In this document: positions 56,770 to 64,000 of the stretch, piece by piece | How the letters are laid out: every line of letters starts with the position of its first letter | Numbering within the stretch: position 1 is the first letter of the stretch | Source: Eledone cirrhosa | Lineage: Eukaryota | Assembly (NCBI GenBank): GCA_964016885.1 | Contig: OZ024742.1 | Span: 103,912,001-103,976,000 of the forward strand | Direction of reading: 5' to 3' | Length of the DNA stretch: 64,000 nt | Notes under the pieces: generated by a model | What the model was told of the DNA's origin: nothing | Seen by the model: only the letters and a program-made list of their open reading frames with translations | Databases searched by the model: none | Translations under genes and position numbers: made by a program

Positions 56770-56784
56770 TGTCAATTGATAGAG

Positions 56785-58850
56785 TGGTCAATTAATTTAA
56801 TGCCTTTATAGTTTCCTCTATCTAGAGCATCTCCTTTACCCTTGTAGCAGTTAATGATGATGCTTCTACGCCAGTCATTTGGTATGACCCTGTTCTGTAT
56901 GACTTGGTTTACTATCCGTGTGACGAGAAAACAGAACCCAGATCCTCTCAGGGAAATGGCCTTGCTCAGTATGTAGGAAAGGTGTAGGTATGAACTCCAT
57001 TCTCTGCCCCAAATGCAAACAATAGGTACACAAGAGATGTAGCGGGATCTCAGGAAGCTTAATTAAGAATGTAGGCTTCACATGTAACAGCTGTGCTGGG
57101 ACAGTAAGCAGCAAACAGCCACAGGAAACAAGTACCACCAATCTCTGGGAGGGCTCTGTAGAAACCGTAGACAGCTTCTGCTACCTAGGTGACCGAATTA
57201 GCAGCGGAGATGGGTGTTCAGAAAGTACAATAACTAGGGTAAGAACGGGATGGAAGAAGTTTAGGGAACTACTGCCACTGCTAGCTGCAAAAGGCTTCTC
57301 CCTCAAAATGAAAGGCAGACTGTATGATGCGTGTGTCCGAACAGTAATGTTACATGGTAGTGAGACCTGGGCGCTGAAGGTGGAAGACTTAGGTAGATTA
57401 GAAAGGAACAAAGCCTGCATGCTCCGATGGATGTGTAATAGTAATATACGTGAACGGCAAAGCATAAATGAATTGAGAGAGAGACTGAGCATAAGAGGAA
57501 TCAAATGATGTGTGCAGGAGAGGCGGTTGCGTTGGTATGGACATGTGATGCGTATGAAGGATGACAGCTGCATAAAAAGGTGCAGAACAGTAGAAGTTGA
57601 TGGAAACCGCAGAGTGGGGAGACCCAAGAAGACCTGGGATGAGGTGATAAAAGCCGACCTTACTCAATTACACCTCTCAAAGGCGATGACACACGACCGT
57701 GACCTCTGGCATCACGCAGTAATACAGAGTACCCGACCTCCCATGGGTACAAGCTGAAGCATATAGACAATATGCCTCCCACACTCTCCCACTGCAAAGT
57801 GGTCTTGGTGGTGCCATGGCAAAAAAGCACCCAGCCCGCACTGTAAAGTGGACGTGTAGGCGCCACGGAATTAAGCACCCAGCACTCACTGTAAATGAGG
57901 TTGGTGTTAGGAAGGGCATCCAGCTGTAGAAATCAAGCCAGAATCAGTTCCTGTATGAGCAAGGCATGGTCAGCCGACCAGACACTGCCCACAACAGGAC
58001 AACCTGTCTAACCTATGCTAGCATGGAAGAACGGATGATGATGATGATGACCATAGTGTGTCCCACCGTTCCAGATGCATTCAGCATTTCAGCAACTATC
58101 TCCAAAGGCCCAGCTGCCTTGCCTGTCTTCATATCTTTGATTGCCTTACTTATTATACTACATTCAACTTGCACTACTGGTCCCTTTATTGGATCAATGT
58201 GGAGCAGACTATCTTTGTCCCATTTATTCTCCTCATTTAGTAGCTTTTTGTAGTGACACTTCCAAGCTACCTTCTTATCGGCGTCAGTGATGGCAAGTAC
58301 ACCATCATCATTACGGACACACTTCTCCCCGACAATATCACGGTTTTCCTTGACACATTGCCTAGCAATCCTGAACACCTCACGTTTTGGTTCTTGCGAA
58401 GTACACTTGTCTCCTAGCTTCCCTCCTGGCCACTTGATAGTCTTCTCTACTTCCCTCATCCCGCCATACTTTCCAAGCCTGCTTTTTGGCCTTGATTGAC
58501 TCTTCCACCTTACTGTTCCACCACCATGTTACTCTCCTCCTGCCTATAGGTCTGCTCCAGCCACAGATTTCATCTGTCGCCTTCAGCAGGTTAACTTTCA
58601 GGAATTCCCACTGTTCCTCTATATTGTACAACTCTAATTGCTCTTCCTTACTGTCAAAAGCATCAAGTAATATGCTTTTAAATTTGTTACTGGCTGTGGG
58701 GTCCTTTAACTTTCATATTCTTCTCCTTAGGGTAGTCCTCCTCTGTTATCGAGTACGTCTCGTCCTGACTATGAGGCTATGTTGGGAGGTGCATTCTTCA
58801 TGGGGGAGGGATTTAGTGTTTACAACAGACACCCTGTCACATCTTCTGGT
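56785..58850 (-). mobile_element. RTE LINE internal fragment (minus), split by the 56925-58050 insertion
   Basis: 58051-58850 encodes TWWWN...DMKTGKAAGP...GHTMV and continues at 56924-56785 with RIVNQVIQ..IPNDW...YKGKGDALDRGNYKGIKLID. Confidence 0.9.
56925..58050 (+). mobile_element. RTE LINE 3' fragment inserted into an antisense RTE copy
   Basis: KGRLYDACVR..LHGSETW, RRLRWYGHV, GRPKKTW, 3' UTR and (GAT)n tail. Confidence 0.92.
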
Positions 58851-58852
58851 AA

Positions 58853-58886
<34 letters not shown>

Positions 58887-58960
58887 CGGAGCAAAGAAAT
58901 CGCGTATAATCCTGTAATTAAACGACCTCAAAGGAAATAGTTTTCCTGGGCACTTTAAAA

Positions 58961-59434
58961 TACAATATATAGAGGGGAAAGACACAGAAGAGTGTGTTTT
59001 TCATTACAGGAATTTCAAACCACCAGCGTGAAGAGAATATAAGCTACTAGAGGCATTGGTAAAACATTAAAATTAAAAGTATAAATTGAAATGAAACCAT
59101 CCTCACCTAAATCACACATGTACACACTCACCAGGAGCATGTTTCTCCATTTTAGTGGGAAGGGTGGTTTATTTTAGTTCTCTCTAGTAGTGCGGACAAT
59201 ATTGGCCTTCCACATGCTGATGACCCACCGGGCCGTATTGGAACCCACTAAAATGGTGAAACATGCTCCTGGTGAGTGTGTACATGTTTGATTTAGGTGA
59301 AGATAGTTTCATTTCAATTTATACTTTTAATTTTAATGTTTTACCAATGCCTCTAGTAGCTTATATTCTCTTCACGCTGGTGGTTTGAAATTCCTGTAAT
59401 GAAAAACACACTCTTCTGTCTTTCCCCTCTATAT

Positions 59435-59440
<6 letters not shown>
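58961..59440. repeat. ~200-bp inverted repeat (arms 58961-59159 / 59244-59440), probable PLE pLTR inversion
   Basis: Near-perfect reverse-complement arms. Weak HHR-like CTGATGA (59217)...GAAACATG (59258) spans the loop/arm junction. Confidence 0.8.
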
Positions 59441-59473
<33 letters not shown>

Positions 59474-59592
59474 ATACTTTACTTTGGAAGGGTCATGCTG
59501 CCATTTAAAAACATGCACCTGTTGGTTTTCACTTCAATTTATTACAAATTTTCAGTTGGTAGGTTTAATAACTGGATGGTTGTTTATTTATT

Positions 59593-59635
59593 GTCAAAGC
59601 TCTTTCGACACACATTCTGTGACCTCCTCAGTCAC
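59593..59635 (-). ncRNA. Diverged hammerhead, same family as 54899
   Basis: Minus strand CTGAGGA-G-GTCACAGAATGTGTGTC-GAAA-GAGC-TT-TGAC within a diverged pLTR copy (59465-59740). Confidence 0.65.
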
Positions 59636-60586
59636 TAATTTATTATGTTGTGTTCTCCTTTGTTCTGTCCTACACCATCTCTTTTTTGTGTGTTAAATAA
59701 GAAATCTTGCAAAAGAAATACGAAAATGAAGTATATACATATATAGTGTATGTGATTTGGTGAATTACTGGTGGTGCTATGAATAAGAGCACTCAATGCA
59801 CAGGCAGAGTGTATAAAAAAAAAACAATGAAATTTTGTTTAGACAAAAATGATTTTCAGAAAAAACATGTGTCTATGCAGTCAGCCATATATATATACAT
59901 GGACCCATAACTCCCGGTAGAGTCATATTAATGTATGGTCTCTCATGGGCATTTTGTGTGGGAGCTTAGCCATGTGGTTACTTTGTTTATACCTAATATC
60001 AAAGTTGATGTTAAACATGATGATGTTAAACTTGAAAAAAATACTGCAACGCATTTTATCTGATGTTCTGATGACTGCCAATTTGCTAGCTATATTCACA
60101 CACTGTAAACGTGGTTGGTGTTAGGAAGGGCATCCAGCTTGGATGCTTTAAGCTGGATGCTTTAAAAACTCCAGCCAAAATATAGTTCTGTTTGAGCAAG
60201 TGACCAGATTTGTCTCTCTTTACATGGTTGACCCAGCTAACCCATGGAAACGTGGGAAAATAAAACGTTAAACAGTGATGATGATGATGATTTAGACATT
60301 TCTTACATCTGATCTCTTTCATTATATTTCAAATAGTACGATTATGTTTCATCATGGAATTCAGGATATTGAACATCTGTAGATAGTCAGGTGGGATAAA
60401 TCTGAAAAGCTTGAAATATTTCTGTACACCTCTAATGACCTTAACTTCAATTATTGATGTTTTGTAGAATGTTCCAGATGATTAAAACATACAAAAGCTG
60501 TGGTCTCCTGGCCTGAATTGTCTCATAAAGTGACAACCTCTTTAACTCATGCAAGTGTCAAAAATGATTGTTAAACGATGATGATG

Positions 60587-60617
<31 letters not shown>

Positions 60618-61237
60618 CTAGCAGTGGTACCCGGCGTTGCACAGGATAAGGTATTTTGAAATGTGGGCCGCCAACAGACCTAATCGTGGAAAAGCTGCAT
60701 GCCTGGACAATATGTAAAGAAAATAAACCGAATACTCTGATGGCTGGATAATCTTTAAGGTTTTCCTCAATGAAGCAGGAAAAATGCAGGTTTTCACCTA
60801 ATGCGGGCCCTAGGGGATCAAGAAAATGAATTTTTTTTTATGTGCATAATATGCCTTGAAATTTCGGAAAAATCGGCTACACGTAACACCTCAAAAAAGC
60901 CCTAAAAAGCTGAAAAAATGAAGTTTTTCACCTAATGCGGGCCCTAGGCCATAAAAAAGTTGGATTTTCTTTGCTCACGGTATGAAGAAGAAACTGAATA
61001 ATACATACTTACAATTTCAAGGAAATCGGTCTGATGTAACACCTCAAAAAAAACCTAAAAAGCTGAAAAAACGCAGTTTTTCACCCGATGCAGGCCCTAG
61101 GGGATCAAAAAGTTGATAACATAACACTCACTGAAACATAAGTAATACACATGTAAAGTTTGAAAAAAATCGGTTTGGTGTTTTAGGGATTCAAACTCAC
61201 AGACACACACAGACATCCTCAGTTTTATATTTATAGA
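60618..61237 (-). mobile_element. Non-autonomous Helitron
   Basis: Minus strand A|TCTATAAATATAAAA ... subterminal GC hairpin (cctgtgcaacgccgggt) ... CTAG|T. Three internal copies of tttcacctaatgcgggccctagg (~60793, 60926, 61079). Confidence 0.8.
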
Positions 61238-61244
61238 TATCATC

Positions 61245-61590
61245 ATCATCATCATCATCACCATCATTTTGCGTCCGCTTTTTCCTGTTTGCAAGGGTGG
61301 GATGGGAACTGATTCTGGCTTGATTTCTACAGCTGGATGCCCTTCCTAACACCAACCTAATTTACAGTGAGTGCTGGGTGCTTTTTGCCGTGGCACCTCC
61401 ATGACCACTGTGCAGTGGAATGATAGGGACCCCAGTCCCTATCATCACATTTCTACAGCTGAGTAAACTGGAGCAATGTGAAATAAAGTGTCTTGCTCAA
61501 GGAAACAACACATCACGCGGTCTGAGAATTGAACTCACAACCTTTCGATTGCAAGCCCAATGCTCTAACCACTAAGCCATGTGCCTCCAT
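61245..61590 (-). mobile_element. tRNA-head / CORE-like / RTE-tail SINE (other copies 53240-53575, 17010-17265)
   Basis: Minus strand A box tggcttagtgg, B box gagttcaattc, central ccttgagcaagacactttatttcacattgctccag, tail nearly identical to the RTE 3' UTR at 57790-57950. Confidence 0.85.
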
Positions 61591-61596
61591 ATATAT

Positions 61597-61790
61597 ATGA
61601 GAAAGAGTTAGGACCCCGACGGCTGAGCTATGGCCATTTCGACAGCTGTTCGGATCTAGCTGTCAAAGCAGCCGGAGCTCACCTCTCAGGGTCCTGACTC
61701 TTTTCCTATTACCCATTCTACTACCCTAAGTATCGAGTACTCTGGTGCATTATGGTCCACCTGGTTCCTTACCACACTTTCTTAATTTTA
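61597..61790 (+). repeat. Second, more diverged copy of the hairpin element
   Basis: gaccccgacggc...tttcgacagct/agctgtc...gggtc plus the same 3' tail as the 46285 copy. Confidence 0.75.
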
Positions 61791-61849
61791 TATATATATA
61801 TATATACATACACACATATATATGTATGCAAGATATCTGTACATAAAAG

Positions 61850-62175
61850 GTCAATGAAAACAATGTTCAATCTATTGCAAAAGAGCATATTTAGCATAAT
61901 TAAAATTTCATACACTTAACATATATGCATGACTAGGTTTCAGGGTACAGTTATGCCCACCACTGTAGTAGAGGAGTCACTTCAAAGCTGGCCTCTCATC
62001 TTTACTGATGGTAATTTTGTCCTAGCACCCAATGAAAAGCCAGCTTTGAAGTGGCTCCTTTACTATACAGTGATAGTCATAACTAGACCCTAAAACCTAG
62101 GGTTGTGCATACATGTTAAGTGTATAAAATTTTAAATATACTCTATATAAGTTGTAAATAAGAACAGTCATTGAC
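61850..62175. repeat. Diverged inverted repeat (core arms ~61901-61998 / 62032-62134)
   Basis: ggagtcacttcaaagctggc / gccagctttgaagtggctcc and tacacttaacat / atgttaagtgta pairings. Confidence 0.7.
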
Positions 62176-62579
62176 TGACTTCTCCATCATTTCACAACCA
62201 TTCATATTTACAAGCTTCCAAATTTTTTCGCCATGTTACATGGCCTATTCAGACATTTTGTTTACCCTATTTCATATCTCCTATTATAAGTTCAGTTAAG
62301 GATCTAATACAATTACCTCACTCTATCTCCCTCCCTCCAATCCCCTCATAAACCAATCAAACCATAGCAATACATATACCTTGACTCAGTTTGTAAAAAT
62401 AACTACTACTACTACTATCATTCCTATTCTTCTTGGAGATTTTTGTGTTTATTACGGATGGACTACAATGATAGAACAACCCAAAATATGAATATGAATC
62501 CAGGTGTTCCCAGGTCACTGTCTTTATAGATACAGAAATCAAGCACCCACTGCCGCAAGCATCCAACCTCATCTTCCTT

Positions 62580-63370
62580 CTCTGCCTCTTATAGCAAACT
62601 TCTAAACTTCAGGAGTGGTACCATCAATGTGAGCACAATTAAAGGAAGATCAGGAGAGATTCTAGAGATGCTAGAGCGAAAGAAAATTGATGTATGTTGT
62701 GTGAAAGATGGAGAGGAGATGAGAGTCAGCTAGTCTCCTTGTTGGTAAAAAACAGTGCTACACATTTTTCTGGGTGGGCAATGACAACGGGCTGGAGGAA
62801 GTAGGTATTTTATTAGCTGAAAAATTGATAGATAAAGTAATCTCAGTAATTCGAGTGAACAAGAGAATCATTAAACTTAAACTACTCCTAAATAGAACAA
62901 TGGCTACCATTATATCTGCATATGCACCTCAATCTGGGTTGTCAGACAAACTAAAAGAAAGATAGGTTTTATGAATCCCTAATGCACACTACTACCTTAA
63001 AGAATGACAGTGATTTCCTAATAATTGCAGGGGGCTTTATGGACATGTTGAACAACACAGTCATGGTTTCTACAGAGTTCATGGAGGTTACAGGTTTGCT
63101 GTGAGAAACGAAGAAGGTTTCAGGCTTCTAGAATTCTGTGATGTCAATGATCTATCTCTATGCAACACAAACTTCAAAAAGTCTAACAACCACCTGATCA
63201 TCTATAGATTTGGTGAGCATTCTAGTCAGATAGACTTTATCCTTACCAGAGGATGAAATAGAGTGACGGTTGTTAACACAAAATCTTTTGCTGGTGAGGA
63301 GTGTACCTACCAAACATATACTAGTAGTTAGCAACTTCGCTGTTTGGGCTAGACAAACATGCAGACGGAA
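62580..63370 (+). mobile_element. RTE LINE apurinic endonuclease (APE) domain remnant
   Basis: GTINVST..GRSGEI, VGIL, IISAYAPQSG, RNEEG.RLLEFC, NTNFKK, SQIDFIL; frameshifted. Confidence 0.9.
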
Positions 63371-63654
63371 GGCAACCTGGAGAACTTGCTGCATAACTAT
63401 GGAAGCATCTTCATCTTGTTGAGTCAAACAAAGCCGTACGTTAAAATTATCCACAACGCAGAGTACTCTCAACATCTAACTGGATTACCTATAACGATAA
63501 CTTATCCCATATATATTCTTTTGTAACTGTTTACCTTCGTCCTATTTCTCTTCTTTGATATATATATGTTCAGCGATTCTTTCCTGAGACATTCTAACCT
63601 CATGTCCATAGCATCGGAACTGTGATCTCTCAATTCGGAGAATAAACTTATACT

Positions 63655-63742
<88 letters not shown>

Positions 63743-64000
63743 TATATATAATAGAAAACAACGAGGAAATTTCGTTTACATATGAAAAATGATTCATCAC
63801 ATAATTATCTCCCTTCATACCGTCGAGTTTATTGTTTACAACACAAGGGAGGTAATTCGCAAAAAACATCGTTACTAGATTTTTTTTTTTGAGATTATTT
63901 TTAATTTCTAAATATGTCTTCTATTCAAAACAATAAGGTCTGATGCGTAATTACTGGCGTAAAAAATTTAATTATATTTTCATGTGTATTCTCTAACCGT

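Noticed and set aside
61500-61590. tRNA-like sequence (also ~53500-53570)
   Set aside because: SINE head with A/B boxes, attached to CORE-like and RTE-tail parts; not a tRNA gene.

Overview
AT-rich, repeat-dense eukaryotic genomic DNA. The SINE/RTE repertoire and microsatellite load suggest an octopod cephalopod (inferred, not proven). The only host coding sequence I can support is a 99-nt first coding exon on the minus strand (47912-48010, MSLLQDPKLYQRLKDLEREIKTTTSNINLDGLM|gtaagt) resembling the N-terminus of Rho-associated kinase (ROCK). If so, positions 1-47911 are one large intron and the promoter lies near 48.5-49.5 kb in a visibly CpG-richer zone. The rest is mobile DNA: RTE, CR1 and Hero LINE fragments, tRNA-derived SINEs, mariner-type elements, TTAA-flanked MITEs, a non-autonomous Helitron and Penelope-like element (PLE) pieces. 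The most striking hidden layer is a set of hammerhead ribozyme (HHR) motifs from several unrelated sequence families, concentrated at 53.7-59.7 kb. They include a near-canonical HHR repeated at 332-bp spacing (retrozyme/circRNA-like unit, 56369-56772) and palindromes apparently built from ribozyme halves. All structures were read by eye; no folding or database search was run.
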